From Candidatus Latescibacterota bacterium (GTDB taxonomy: Bacteria; Latescibacterota; UBA2968), in contig OZ240241.1 in assembly GCA_965198115.1 (NCBI GenBank), positions 5,856,001 through 5,920,000 on the forward strand: a stretch of DNA of 64,000 bases, given 5' to 3'. The notes beneath the pieces are model-generated. The model made no database searches. It was not told where the DNA came from and saw nothing but the letters and a program-made list of their open reading frames with translations. The position numbers and the translations under genes are program-made. Below are positions 8,394-18,289 of this stretch, piece after piece. Position 1 is the first letter of the stretch, and the number at the start of each line of letters is the position of its first letter.

Positions 8394-9497
8394 TTACAGG
8401 GTCTGTGCCCGCAACCGCTCTTCGTCGATCTCCAGGCCGAGTCCAGGTCCGTCTGGAACGACGATATGTCCGTCTTCGTACTGGATGCGCTCTTTCACAA
8501 TCTGTTCTTCGTAGACGACCGGACCGGCGGGATAACAGGGGAAGTCGATGTTCGGCAGCGATGCGGCGAGGTGGGCTCGGCCGGCTGTGCCGATCGACAT
8601 TTCGACGGTGCTGCCCATCAAGGCCTTCAGGCCGAAGATTTCGACGAGGCCGAATACTTTCTGAGTGGCCGTGATGCCGATGTAGCCAGGACCGATGTTG
8701 AAGACGTCGACAGCGTGATGACGCGCGAATCGCTCGGCGAGGTCGTATTCGGACAGATGCTCGCTGATGGGGATGTCGACCGCTTCGCGAACGGCGACGA
8801 AGTTTTCGATCGGGCTCGTGGCTCGGCCTTTGACGGGTGACTCGACGATGTTCGGGTTGAAGACGGCGAATCGGTTGATGATTTCGATGGCTTCGTCGAC
8901 TTCGAATCGCCCACTCGCGTCGAGGGCGTTGATCTCGACTTTGTCTCCCCACCGCTTCCGAAGCTCGCTGAGGAACTTCTCGTCGAGGGCGAGGTCCGCC
9001 CCGAAGTAGTAGCGGATCGTGGGGTGGCCCAGCTCCTGGATCCACTCGATGCGGGCGAGGTTCGCGTCGACATCAGCAGGCACGCTGCACGGCTTGATTG
9101 GATAGGCGAAGGGGATTCGGGCGCGGAACTTCCCGCCCAACAGTTGGTAGACAGGCACGTCCAATGCTTTTCCAATCGCATCGTGCAGTGCGATGTCCAC
9201 GCCGCACGTCACCTGATGCTCCCACTTCTGCTGGTAGAGCTCGACCTGGATTGCCGTCAGATCGAACGCGTTCTTCCCGACCAGGACGGCAGAGAGACGG
9301 GCGTCTAGGTCTTTCAGCGCGGAGGGCGTCGGTTTGAAAGTGATATCCGACATCTCGCCCAGCCCCGTGATTCCCTCATCGGTGTGAAGGAACAGAATCA
9401 CGTGCTCCGAAATGGACTTCTCCGGATCCGATGGCCCGGCTTTGCCCATCTCACGCGTCGCGAACACCGGTATTAGTTCAAGCTCTGTGATTTTCAT
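8394..9497 (-). CDS. Mandelate racemase/muconate lactonizing enzyme family protein
   Basis: TDEGITGLGE, VDIALHDAIGKALDVPVYQLLGG, VPDGPGLGLEIDE. Confidence 0.9.
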   Translation of the reverse strand: MKITELELIPVFATREMGKAGPSDPEKSISEHVILFLHTDEGITGLGEMSDITFKPTPSALKDLDARLSAVLVGKNAFDLTAIQVELYQQKWEHQVTCGVDIALHDAIGKALDVPVYQLLGGKFRARIPFAYPIKPCSVPADVDANLARIEWIQELGHPTIRYYFGADLALDEKFLSELRKRWGDKVEINALDASGRFEVDEAIEIINRFAVFNPNIVESPVKGRATSPIENFVAVREAVDIPISEHLSEYDLAERFARHHAVDVFNIGPGYIGITATQKVFGLVEIFGLKALMGSTVEMSIGTAGRAHLAASLPNIDFPCYPAGPVVYEEQIVKERIQYEDGHIVVPDGPGLGLEIDEERLRAQTL

Positions 9498-9535
9498 CGA
9501 ATAGCCCAATCTTTAGAAATTCTATGGAAGAACAA

Positions 9536-9638
9536 TGTCATCCCGGCAGGCTTCTGAGCCGGGATCCATTTTCGAGCGCGCTCGATTGACGAGGACGCTC
9601 ATACGATGGACCCCGGCCTAAGAGCGTACGGGGTGACA
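9536..9638. repeat. REP-like double-hairpin element (TGTCATCCCGGC...GGGGTGACA family)
   Basis: Inverted ends with internal hairpins; same family at 16728-16907 and 18161-18252. Confidence 0.7.
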
Positions 9639-9676
9639 GATCTCTCCTTCATCCCTGCGGGCCCTGCGTTTCGCTT

Positions 9677-11174
9677 CTATCCCCGCAATTTCTCGAAATC
9701 GATATCAAGATTCCGCGACTTGTAGACGACGATGACCCCCCGTCGCGGCGATTCGTTCATCCACGGATAGGCACCGTGCGACTGGGCAGCGCCCATAAAG
9801 ATGAGCACGTCACCCGCGTTCATTTCCACGTGCTTGACCATCCCCATCTCTTCTTCGCACAGGCTCAGCGCATCGGGCATCGGATAGTTTGCCTTGTGGC
9901 TGCCGGGGACGCAGACATACCCACCGTCGCCGGCGTTCGTATCCACGAGCTGCCACGCGACGTTGACTTGCTCCGAGTAGACTCTTCCGTTCTGTAAGAC
10001 ATAGGTGTTTCGAGGCGAGGTCGGCTCGGGCGTACTGTGGACGTAGAGCCCGGAAGTCCCCTTCTCATAGTGAATGGCTCTGGCGCGGCTCAGGCAGTAA
10101 CCGCTTCCCATCATCCAGTTCAGGCGCTGGATGACGGCCGGGTGCGCGGCCATTCTGCGGAACGGTTCGCAGTACGGGTCTGGCAGATGGAAGAGTCCGT
10201 AGAGCGCGGGGTAGCGTGATCCAGCAAGCCTTTTGGAACCACGTGTGCCGTCATTACCGTATTCCAGTCGATCGGCGTAGACATCCATGGCCTCGTGGGC
10301 TGCCTCGATCCACGCTTCGTCCATCACATTCCTGATGAGGACGTAGCCGCACAGATCCCAGAAGTAGAATTCCTTCTCGTCGATGCCTGATTCGGGATCG
10401 GGTGCGTGAATCGATGGATGATACCGTGCCTCGGTTTTTTCAACGTGACAGGTCTGCCCGTCGGATTTGATGACAGATGAGAGCGACTCTTTCGCCGACA
10501 GAACGGCGCCTTGCTCCGGCGACATCCCTTCCCAACCGGAAGTCTCCCCTATGATGGCGTCGTTCGACCCTCTCACGAGACCGCTGATGTAACCGAATTC
10601 AAGAAGCCTCTGCTTTCCGTCTCCGTTCCACGGTCGAAGCCCGTGGAGGACGTTCTGAGCGCACAGGATCAGGTCGCCCGCCTTGAGCACCGGCTGCTCG
10701 GCCAGACCCATATCGTCCGTGCCATCGAGGAGGTCCGCGGGCGTTTCCAGGTCGCTCCGATGGGTACCGGGCACGAGGACCAACCCGCCGTCGCCCGGGT
10801 TCACGTCGGCCAGTGCCTAGATCGCGAGCACACCGTGGCAGTAACGAATATGATTTCGTTGCTGGTAGGCGCGAGACCAGTTGCGTGGTTCGTTGCCGCC
10901 GGTGAGAGAGGTAGATGACGCGGTAGTCTCGTCGAGGAGACGCGGGGGCTGGCCCTGACGAGCATCGCCCCAACAGAGCTCTTCGAGGTATCCGACGACA
11001 AGAGGATGATCGCGAAGCTGACGAAGGGGATCGGCCAGAGCGTCCGCATCAATCTCCCCGCTAGGGACTTCGTCCAGAGCCTGGTTGCACGTAGCCAGTT
11101 CTGCCTTCAGTCAGCACGTTCCGCAGAATCAGATATCCCGCCACGTCGAAGCGGTAATCCTCTTCGTGACTCAT
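9677..11174 (-). pseudogene. Tandem two-domain PhyH-family protein with a frameshift and an in-frame TAG
   Basis: ATG 11174 MSHEEDYRFDVAGYLILRNVL; shift near 11105; TAG at 10817-10819 in VLAI*ALAD (Trp expected); second domain EKEFYFWDLCGYVLIRNV...VPGSHK. Confidence 0.75.
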
Positions 11175-11204
11175 CGGCTCTGTGTCCACAGTCTCTCTCC
11201 CTGG

Positions 11205-11420
11205 ACTCACCGGGCTCTGCCCGGGGACCTTGTTACGATATCCGCGCTCGCTTGTCCCCGTGCTCTGCACTGGGACGCAGAGTTTTGTTCCAATGCTGAA
11301 AGTGGTTGGTCTGTGCCTCTAGCACGAGACGAGACTCGACACCCCTTGGCCCCCGTGCGGAGCACGGAGGCGAGCGAAGCGCAAGCTCGTTGTATTCCGG
11401 GCAGAGCCCGGAACGAATTC
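11205..11420. repeat. REP-like nested inverted repeat (CCGGGCTCTGCCCGG / CCGGGCAGAGCCCGG)
   Basis: Outer palindromes ~11209 and ~11398 are reverse complements; inner pair CCCGTGCTCTGCAC / GTGCGGAGCACGG. Confidence 0.6.
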
Positions 11421-11430
11421 CCCTGCGATC

Positions 11431-12903
11431 CTACACGAACCGGAACGTGTACAGCTTCGTCGCGCGCATCATCACACGCAGGCGAATCGGCCCCTTGACA
11501 TCGATACGGTTGCCCTTGCCGTTCCACGACACGCGTTTCTGAATCGCGTTGGCCGTAACGGTCTGACACTCCTTGAAAGTATAGCCCTCCAAAGCACGTC
11601 CCTCCGCATCCAGGAGCTCGACCAGGAGCCAGCCTCCGGAACCGCAGTCGACGTTGAGTTCAAGCTCGTTGCCGTCGAACGTGAGTGGGGGCGTGGTGAA
11701 CTCTCCGCCAGCCATACTCGTATCCGCGGAGACGAACCCGTCACGGCGGAGGACGGCTCGGAAGAGACCCGAGTTCGAACCGTCGCGCTCATCCTCATTG
11801 TGTTTATCTCCACGCCCACCGTAGTAGATCCACGTCTCCGTTTCGGTGTGGATGGGCCAGACGCCGGCCATCACCATTCCGCCGTCCGGGGCGCCATCGA
11901 AACCTCGACGGATGAAGGGTTCACGGTTTCCCTGTCGTGTCCAGGTGATGCCGTCCCGACTCGTGAGGAGCTTCACGTCCATCGTGGCCGGCCCGTCGTC
12001 GGCTTCCCAGTGGTGATAAGCGGCTGGCAGCATAAAGTAGGCGTCGTCGCCTTCCGGATGTTTATAGGCGGCGTTCGTGTAGAAGTCCATCTGGGGTCGC
12101 TCGACGCGATTGAACGGCAACGGCGATCCGAGCTCGACGGCATCACCTTCCAGGACGATGAGGGTGGGCTGCGACCAGGTCTTGAAATCGGGTGACGTGA
12201 TTCGCCCGACTGAGCGGTAGCGCTTCCCGTGTTCCATCTCGGCGGCCTCGTCCCGTCGCTGGGTTTCGTGCACACGTGTGTAGCCGACGTAGCAGTCGTA
12301 TTTGTCGTCCCAGAAGAAGACGTTCTGCGTGTCGCACATCTGATTGGGCGGGTTGGGCTGATTGTCATCGTAGGTCCAGTGGACCCCGTCGGGTGAATGC
12401 ATCGCCCAGAGCCCGGGCTGGGTACCCGCTTCGATCTCCGCATCCGCCGGCTGGTATTTCGTCCAAAGGCGGTAACGTTCTTCGGCGGGTGCTCGGTCGT
12501 CGATGTAGACGGTCCCGCCCTGCATGCTCTGACGCTCATCCAGCGGAGCGACGATGTTGTTGGCCGTGGAACCCTGGAAGGTGTTGAGGTTGAGTTCAGG
12601 TTTGTGCCACGCCAGACCGTCCTCCGATTCCGCGTAGCACAGCCTCACCGCGCCTTCCTGCGGATAACCGGATATGTAGAGCCCTCCGTACCAGAGCCGA
12701 AACTGCTTCTCGCCCTCGCGGATGATCGTGTTGTAACCGCTGATGCCCTGACGCTCCCACGGTTTGTCCGGGCGCATCACCGGTTCCGGGGATTGCGCGG
12801 GTGGATTCATGCACAGCCCAATGCCAGTCGATCGATCGAAGTACCGATGGTCGATGAAGAAATGCTTTTGCGATCCCGCGTCGATGACGTTCTGCTCAGC
12901 CAT
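11431..12903 (-). CDS. GH32/GH43-like five-bladed beta-propeller hydrolase
   Basis: LCYAESEDGLAWHKP, SPDGVHW, SRDGITW, C-terminal LRRDGFVS...LYTFRF. Confidence 0.7.
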   Translation of the reverse strand: MAEQNVIDAGSQKHFFIDHRYFDRSTGIGLCMNPPAQSPEPVMRPDKPWERQGISGYNTIIREGEKQFRLWYGGLYISGYPQEGAVRLCYAESEDGLAWHKPELNLNTFQGSTANNIVAPLDERQSMQGGTVYIDDRAPAEERYRLWTKYQPADAEIEAGTQPGLWAMHSPDGVHWTYDDNQPNPPNQMCDTQNVFFWDDKYDCYVGYTRVHETQRRDEAAEMEHGKRYRSVGRITSPDFKTWSQPTLIVLEGDAVELGSPLPFNRVERPQMDFYTNAAYKHPEGDDAYFMLPAAYHHWEADDGPATMDVKLLTSRDGITWTRQGNREPFIRRGFDGAPDGGMVMAGVWPIHTETETWIYYGGRGDKHNEDERDGSNSGLFRAVLRRDGFVSADTSMAGGEFTTPPLTFDGNELELNVDCGSGGWLLVELLDAEGRALEGYTFKECQTVTANAIQKRVSWNGKGNRIDVKGPIRLRVMMRATKLYTFRFV

Positions 12904-12940
12904 TACTCACCTCACGTTTGGGGCTCATTGAGAGCATTCG

Positions 12941-13006
12941 AACCACAGATCACACAGAGCACACCGAATGGACACCCCTCTGTCTATTCTGTGTGTTCTG
13001 TGGCTT
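12941..13006. repeat. Inverted pair of short 9-mer tandem repeats (AACCACAGA.CACACAGA type)
   Basis: AACCACAGATCACACAGAGC...TTCTGTGTGTTCTGTGGCTT; related tracts at 851-880, 8211-8240 and 26491-26512. Confidence 0.6.
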
Positions 13007-13012
13007 CTATTC

Positions 13013-13957
13013 TCACGCCGCGATCGCTGCCAGCATCGCTTTTATGTAACCCACCGAGTAGGCGAGGGCGTGGGTGTTCTTACCTGGCGCGTCCCCTTCG
13101 AGAGAGGGGTAGTGATCGGGGTGGAGACAGCCGTCGAACCCGAGACGATGAAGCTCCTGTACGATCTTGAACATGTTCATGTCGCCGTCATCGAGCAGCA
13201 CTTCTTCGAAGGCACGCGCTGACGCGAAGCTTCCACGGAGGTTGCGGAAGTGGACCTCGAAGATGCGGCCTTTTCGACAGTAGTTGTTGATCTCATCGAG
13301 AACGAGAGTAAGGCCGCCCGCCTCGCCGCGTGTTCCGCAGCAATAGAGATAGCCGACACAGGGATTGGGAAATGCGTCGATAAGGCGGTGGAAACCGAGA
13401 CCGTCGAACAGGACGTCCTGTGTCGGAGGGTCGGACGGGTGCATCATGAGCCGAACGCCGGATTCGGTTGCGACGGGAACCAGTCTTCGGTAGGCGTCAC
13501 AGACTCGCTGCCATCGTTGCTCTCTGACCTCGCGGGAGGGCGTCTCACCGTTCGGGTCACGAGCCAACGTCTCGCCTCGGGTCCTGTGACCGCCTCGATG
13601 GTCGGTCTGGTAGCGGTCGATCATCCAGTCGTCTGCGGAATAGGCACAGTGAACCCGGCCGAGGGGATAGCCCGCTTCGCCCAGCACCCGGACGGATTCG
13701 CACGCGACGTCGAGTTCGGCCTCCGAGCCGTCCTCGTTATTCATGAAGGATTCCGATAAACCGGGCAGGCTGATGCGGTTCACGCTCATGCCCCAGGATT
13801 CGACCTTTTTCCGAACTGCGATGGCTTCATCCAGGTCGAACACGCCCCTGTCGTCGGTTGGCAAGGGCACCGCATCGGCGCATTCGACACCGATCTGAGA
13901 CAGAAAACGGAGATTGGAATCGGACAAATCCTGGCACCAGGTGGCGACTCGGATCAT
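13013..13957 (-). CDS. Mannonate dehydratase (UxuA)-family protein
   Basis: LVPVATESGVRLMMHPSDPP, EVHFRN, GDMNM, PDHYP, AYSVGYIKAM. Confidence 0.85.
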   Translation of the reverse strand: MIRVATWCQDLSDSNLRFLSQIGVECADAVPLPTDDRGVFDLDEAIAVRKKVESWGMSVNRISLPGLSESFMNNEDGSEAELDVACESVRVLGEAGYPLGRVHCAYSADDWMIDRYQTDHRGGHRTRGETLARDPNGETPSREVREQRWQRVCDAYRRLVPVATESGVRLMMHPSDPPTQDVLFDGLGFHRLIDAFPNPCVGYLYCCGTRGEAGGLTLVLDEINNYCRKGRIFEVHFRNLRGSFASARAFEEVLLDDGDMNMFKIVQELHRLGFDGCLHPDHYPSLEGDAPGKNTHALAYSVGYIKAMLAAIAA

Positions 13958-14106
13958 GAAGGGCTCCTATGGATTGGGGAACGGTATCGGCCCCGAGGAG
14001 TCAGGGGTCCACAACGGTTTTTTCTTCTCACGGTTCGTCCATTTCGCTATCTAGGCGGACGTAAGGGAATTTCTGTGTCCACCTCTCGCCACAGGAAGGA
14101 AACACG

Positions 14107-14532
14107 ATGACCCAAGAACAGCGAGGAAGAAAGGACCTGGTCGAGTATCCGATTCAGGACAATCTACGGCTGGATGTCTACTGGCGGGATGATAAGGCTG
14201 GATTCGGTCCCGCGGCATCGGTCTATGCCTACGATAAGGAGGTCCTGCGACTGGATTGCTTTGGGGAGGCCAAGAAGCAGGGCGGCAAGGGCCACTGCCA
14301 CATGAACCTAGAGCAAACGGGAGGAAGGCAGTGGATGTATCCACCGGGCTCCGTCACGGAGCATATCGATCACGCCATACACGACTTGAGACAGAATCTG
14401 AATTTCTGTTTGGTGACGAATCCGGACGAAAAGATCCAGGAGATCAAGGTCAGCTCGAAGACAATCGAACCGATCGCCGAGAAAGCCGAGAAGGACCTTC
14501 GTGCGTTTGCGGGCCAGCTCGAGCTCCCGTAG
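14107..14532 (+). CDS. Hypothetical protein
   Basis: 141-aa ORF with SD AAGGA and natural amino acid composition; no family recognised. Confidence 0.65.
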   Translation: MTQEQRGRKDLVEYPIQDNLRLDVYWRDDKAGFGPAASVYAYDKEVLRLDCFGEAKKQGGKGHCHMNLEQTGGRQWMYPPGSVTEHIDHAIHDLRQNLNFCLVTNPDEKIQEIKVSSKTIEPIAEKAEKDLRAFAGQLELP

Positions 14533-14535
14533 TGG

Positions 14536-15390
14536 TCAGGACGGGCGTCTTTGCCCCAGGAGATCGAGTAGCTGATCACTGGCGACCTGGAGCGCGTCAT
14601 CGGGGATCGGGACGCGGTTCGCACAGCCGAACCGCCGCCACGCCCAGTTGACGGCGTACTGCGATTGTATCAGGTAGCGCGTTCGGTCGGAGGTGTTGGG
14701 TGCGCCTCGATGCCAGCACTGGGGGTCCTGAAAGTAGATGTCACCCGCTTTGCAGAAGACGGACACGGGCCCCTTGCCTTCAAACTCGGGATGATCCTGG
14801 TTGTTCGGTTCGCGTCCGGAGAAATGACTGCCAGGCACGTATTGCGTCGGGCCGTGTTCGTCGGTTTCGATGTCGCTGAGCGCCATCTGGACGGTGAACC
14901 ACAGCACCGGCGGACGAATTCGAGGATCGTGACGGGGGACGTCGTCGGGAACAGGAAAGTGGACTGCGCCGTCGCAGTGCCATTTCTCGATCGCGACGCC
15001 AGCGGAGTTGCGCAGTACGTTCTGCCCGCAGAACTTGCAATCCGGCCCGACGATCGCCTCGGCCAGGCTGAGGATGGGTTCGCGCAGCAGCATGTCACGA
15101 AAAATCGAGTCGAGTTCGATCGTGTTTCGAAGGATGAAAGGCAATATCTCCCCTGTTTCTGAATGCGCCTTCGTCTGGACGTAACGGATGTCGCTCAGAT
15201 CAGGGTTCTCTCTGGCTGCGAGGACGGGATCGTCGAGTAGGGCGTCCGTTCTCTCTTTCAAGGCGGATATCTCGTCGGGCTCGAGTACGCCGGGGACGTG
15301 GACGAACCCGTCACGGTGCAGGGCGTCGACGATCTCTTGAGTTTCGGCTTCGCTGTATGGTTGACCTTCGAGAATAGGGCTGGATGCCAT
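14536..15390 (-). CDS. PhyH family dioxygenase
   Basis: DGFVHVPGVL, WHCDG, GPTQYVPGSH, WHRGAPNTS; ATG 15390 with GGAGGG SD. Confidence 0.88.
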   Translation of the reverse strand: MASSPILEGQPYSEAETQEIVDALHRDGFVHVPGVLEPDEISALKERTDALLDDPVLAARENPDLSDIRYVQTKAHSETGEILPFILRNTIELDSIFRDMLLREPILSLAEAIVGPDCKFCGQNVLRNSAGVAIEKWHCDGAVHFPVPDDVPRHDPRIRPPVLWFTVQMALSDIETDEHGPTQYVPGSHFSGREPNNQDHPEFEGKGPVSVFCKAGDIYFQDPQCWHRGAPNTSDRTRYLIQSQYAVNWAWRRFGCANRVPIPDDALQVASDQLLDLLGQRRPS

Positions 15391-15497
15391 GATCCCTCCT
15401 GGCAGTTGCGGGTTCGGAAGTGTTAGCAATCGAATCGGAGACGGAGTAAGTTGGGGCATTCTCAGCCCCGACACCACATCGAATCGAAAAGTCAGTC

Positions 15498-16676
15498 TTG
15501 AAAATCGAATCCATCGACTTCCAGATCCTCGAGGGCGAGCCGGTAGAGCCAGAGTGGCGACCCTACCGTACGATGATCGAATATCCCGATTCGCACCGGT
15601 TCGGCCACAAGCCGTTCGAGGGCGAAGGGATCAAGCTGGGGGCGAGACCAACCTATACGTGCGTGCTACGCATCCGGACCGACGAGAATCTCGAGACGTG
15701 TGAGATCTTTGGCTCGCGCTTCAGCCGTGAACAGATCGAGTGGGAAGCGCAGACGTTCAAGCTGCAGTGGGGGCCGGAGTTGGTCGGCGCCAACGCGTTG
15801 GACCGGGAGTACATGTGTCACAAGATGTGGATGGCCCGTCGCTATTTCCACATGCCCTCGCAGCTTCCCCTTACCTTAATCGATCAGCTCCTGTGGGACC
15901 TGGCCGGTCTCAAGGCACAGCTGCCAGTGCACAAGCTGCTCGGAGGGTTCAGGGATCGCGTGCCTGCCTACCTCACGGAAGCCAGCCGAAACCACGAACA
16001 GACGCTCGAGACGGCGCAGAAGGCGAAGGAGCTGGGCTACAAAGGGTTCAAAGATCATTCGATGCTGGGGGTCGAAGCGAACCTGGCACTCGCCAAAGAG
16101 CTGAGAGATCTGGTGGGTGACGAGATGGTGCTGCTGCACGATCCCGTGCAGCAGTACTCGGTGGAAGATGCGATCAAGGTGGGGCGTCGCCTGTGGGATC
16201 TCGACTACCTCTGGATCGAGGAACCGCTCCAGGAAGAGGACATTATCGGATTGAAGCGACTTTCCGACGCAATTGAACTTCCCGTTTTGGCGTTGGAATC
16301 GAACCTCGGACATCCATACGTGGCCGTTCCCTATCTGCAAAATGATGCGATCGATATGGTGCGGAACGTCGCGATGGGCATTACGGGTCAGATGAAGCTG
16401 GCCAATTTGGCGGAAATGTTCGGGAAGCCTGCCCACGGCGGGAACGTGCACGTGGTTGCAGCCGTTCGAAACGATGATTGGTACGAACACCACGCGAGGA
16501 ATGCGTTCAAACGCGGTGACAACAGCCCGGGAAGGCCCCTGTCGTTGGCCGTAGGAGGTCTGATTCGAGATACGTTCGAAGTCCGCGACGGCTATATGTA
16601 CGTTCCGCAGACCCCAGGTCTCGGCCGAGAGATCGATTGGGAACAGATTGAAGCGAGAACGATTAATACAATTTAG
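15498..16676 (+). CDS. Mandelate racemase-family enolase, tandem copy 1
   Basis: LWDLAGLKAQLPVHKLLGG, GFKDH, WIEEPL, PQTPGLG; TTG start. Confidence 0.85.
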   Translation: MKIESIDFQILEGEPVEPEWRPYRTMIEYPDSHRFGHKPFEGEGIKLGARPTYTCVLRIRTDENLETCEIFGSRFSREQIEWEAQTFKLQWGPELVGANALDREYMCHKMWMARRYFHMPSQLPLTLIDQLLWDLAGLKAQLPVHKLLGGFRDRVPAYLTEASRNHEQTLETAQKAKELGYKGFKDHSMLGVEANLALAKELRDLVGDEMVLLHDPVQQYSVEDAIKVGRRLWDLDYLWIEEPLQEEDIIGLKRLSDAIELPVLALESNLGHPYVAVPYLQNDAIDMVRNVAMGITGQMKLANLAEMFGKPAHGGNVHVVAAVRNDDWYEHHARNAFKRGDNSPGRPLSLAVGGLIRDTFEVRDGYMYVPQTPGLGREIDWEQIEARTINTI

Positions 16677-16727
16677 AATTAGGGAATCAGTGAATTAGGG
16701 AATCAGTGAATTAGGAAATTGAGGGAA
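16677..16727. repeat. Degenerate 8-mer tandem repeat (AATTAGGG/AATCAGTG)
   Basis: About six units directly after the stop codon; similar tracts at 18121-18152, ~19463-19481 and ~22929-22946. Confidence 0.65.
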
Positions 16728-16907
16728 TGTCATCCCGGTACGCTTCTTAGAGAGCCTGTCAGAGCCTGCTTCGAGCGAAGCGAGAAGAACGTATGTGAGG
16801 GGGGCCCATTTTGACTTTCGCAATGATGGGAGAATGGATCCCCTTCTACAAGCTCCCTTCGGCAGGCTCAGGACAGCCAGGCGGCTCCCAACAACGCCGG
16901 GATGACA
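16728..16907. repeat. REP-like element with two extra internal inserts
   Basis: Shares ends and core GGGGCCCATTTTGACTTTCGCA with 18161-18252 but is about 90 bp longer. Confidence 0.7.
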
Positions 16908-16941
16908 ACGCTCTTTCAATGGCGCTACTCATAGGTCACCC

Positions 16942-18120
16942 ATGAAAATCGAATCCATCGACTTCCAGATCCTAGAGGGCGAGCCGGTAGAGCCCGAGTG
17001 GCGGCCCTACCGAACGATGATCGAATATCCCGATTCGCACCGGTTTGGACACAAACCGTTCGAGGGCGAAGGGATCAAGCTGGAGGCGAGACCAACATAT
17101 ACTTGCGTGCTGCGCATCCGAACAGACGAGAATATCGAGACGTGTGGAATCTTCGGCTCACGCTTCAGCCGTGAACAGATAGAGTGGGAAGCGCAGACAT
17201 TCAAGCTGCAGTGGGAGCCGGAGTTGGTCGGCGCCAATGCGTTGGACCGTGAGTACATGTGGCACAAGATGTGGATGGCCCGCCGCTACTTTCACATGCC
17301 GGTGATCCTCCCTCTCTCCACAATTGATCAGCTGCTCTGGGACCTGGCCGGTCTCAAGGCTCAGCTGCCAGTGCACAAACTGCTTGGTGGGTTCCGAGAT
17401 CGTGTGCCGGCCTACCTGACAGAGGCCAGCCGCAATCACGAGCAGACACTCGAGACGGCGCAGAAAGCGAAAGAGCTGGGTTACAAAGGGTTCAAAGATC
17501 ACTCGATGCTGGGGGTCGAAGCGAATTTAGCGCTTGCCAAGGATCTGAGAGATCTGGTGGGTGACGAGATGGTGCTGATGCACGATCCTGTGCAGCAGTA
17601 TTCGGTGGAAGATGCCATCAAGGTGGGTCGTCGTCTGTGGGATCTGGATTACCTCTGGATCGAGGAGCCACTGCAGGAGGTCGACATCATCGGGCTCAAG
17701 CGGCTCTCCGACGCGATTGAACTTCCCGTCTTGGCGCTGGAATCGAACCTCGGGCATCCTTACGTGGCCGTGCCCTATCTGCAGGACGACGCAATCGACA
17801 TGGTGCGGAACGTGGCGATGGGCATCACGGGTCAGTTCAAGCTGGCCAATCTGGCGGAAATGTTCGGGAAACCGGCTCACGGCGGGAACGTGCACGTGGT
17901 TGCCGCCGTCCGGAACGACGATTGGTACGAACATCACGCGAGGAACGCCTTCAAGCGCGGCGACAACGAACCGCGCCGCCCGCTTTCGTTGGCCGAGGGA
18001 GGCTTGATCCGGGAGACGTTCGAAGTACGCGACGGGTATATGTACGTTCCGCAGACACCGGGTCTCGGCCGAGAGATCGATTGGGAACAGATCGAAGCGA
18101 GAACGATCAACACAATCTGA
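16942..18120 (+). CDS. Mandelate racemase-family enolase, tandem copy 2
   Basis: 392 aa; about 18 residue differences from copy 1 by eye. Confidence 0.9.
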   Translation: MKIESIDFQILEGEPVEPEWRPYRTMIEYPDSHRFGHKPFEGEGIKLEARPTYTCVLRIRTDENIETCGIFGSRFSREQIEWEAQTFKLQWEPELVGANALDREYMWHKMWMARRYFHMPVILPLSTIDQLLWDLAGLKAQLPVHKLLGGFRDRVPAYLTEASRNHEQTLETAQKAKELGYKGFKDHSMLGVEANLALAKDLRDLVGDEMVLMHDPVQQYSVEDAIKVGRRLWDLDYLWIEEPLQEVDIIGLKRLSDAIELPVLALESNLGHPYVAVPYLQDDAIDMVRNVAMGITGQFKLANLAEMFGKPAHGGNVHVVAAVRNDDWYEHHARNAFKRGDNEPRRPLSLAEGGLIRETFEVRDGYMYVPQTPGLGREIDWEQIEARTINTI

Positions 18121-18160
18121 AATCAGGGAATCAGGAAATGAGGGAATTGAAGGCGAGAGA

Positions 18161-18252
18161 TGTCACCCCGGCATGTTTCTTGGCCGGGGCCCATTTTGAC
18201 TTTCGCAAAGATCGGAGAATAGATCCCGGCTCAAAACAATGCCGGGATGACA
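18161..18252. repeat. REP-like double-hairpin element
   Basis: TGTCACCCCGGCAT...ATGCCGGGATGACA. Confidence 0.7.
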
Positions 18253-18289
18253 CCGCTCTTTCATAGGCGCTGTAAATCGTAGGTAACCC

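Noticed and set aside
10817-10819. In-frame TAG at a probable Trp position suggesting stop-codon reassignment or pyrrolysine
   Set aside because: TAG is the normal stop of many genes here (4847, 14532, 16676, 29990); no pyl genes are visible and the same gene also has a frameshift
15498-18120. Near-identical gene pair as a diversity-generating retroelement or assembly duplication
   Set aside because: Differences are mostly synonymous, spread throughout and not adenine-specific; no reverse transcriptase; too diverged for an assembly artefact
16677-18252. Repeated intergenic sequences as a CRISPR array
   Set aside because: No constant repeat with unique 30-40-nt spacers and no cas genes; these are REP-like palindromes and 8-mer tracts
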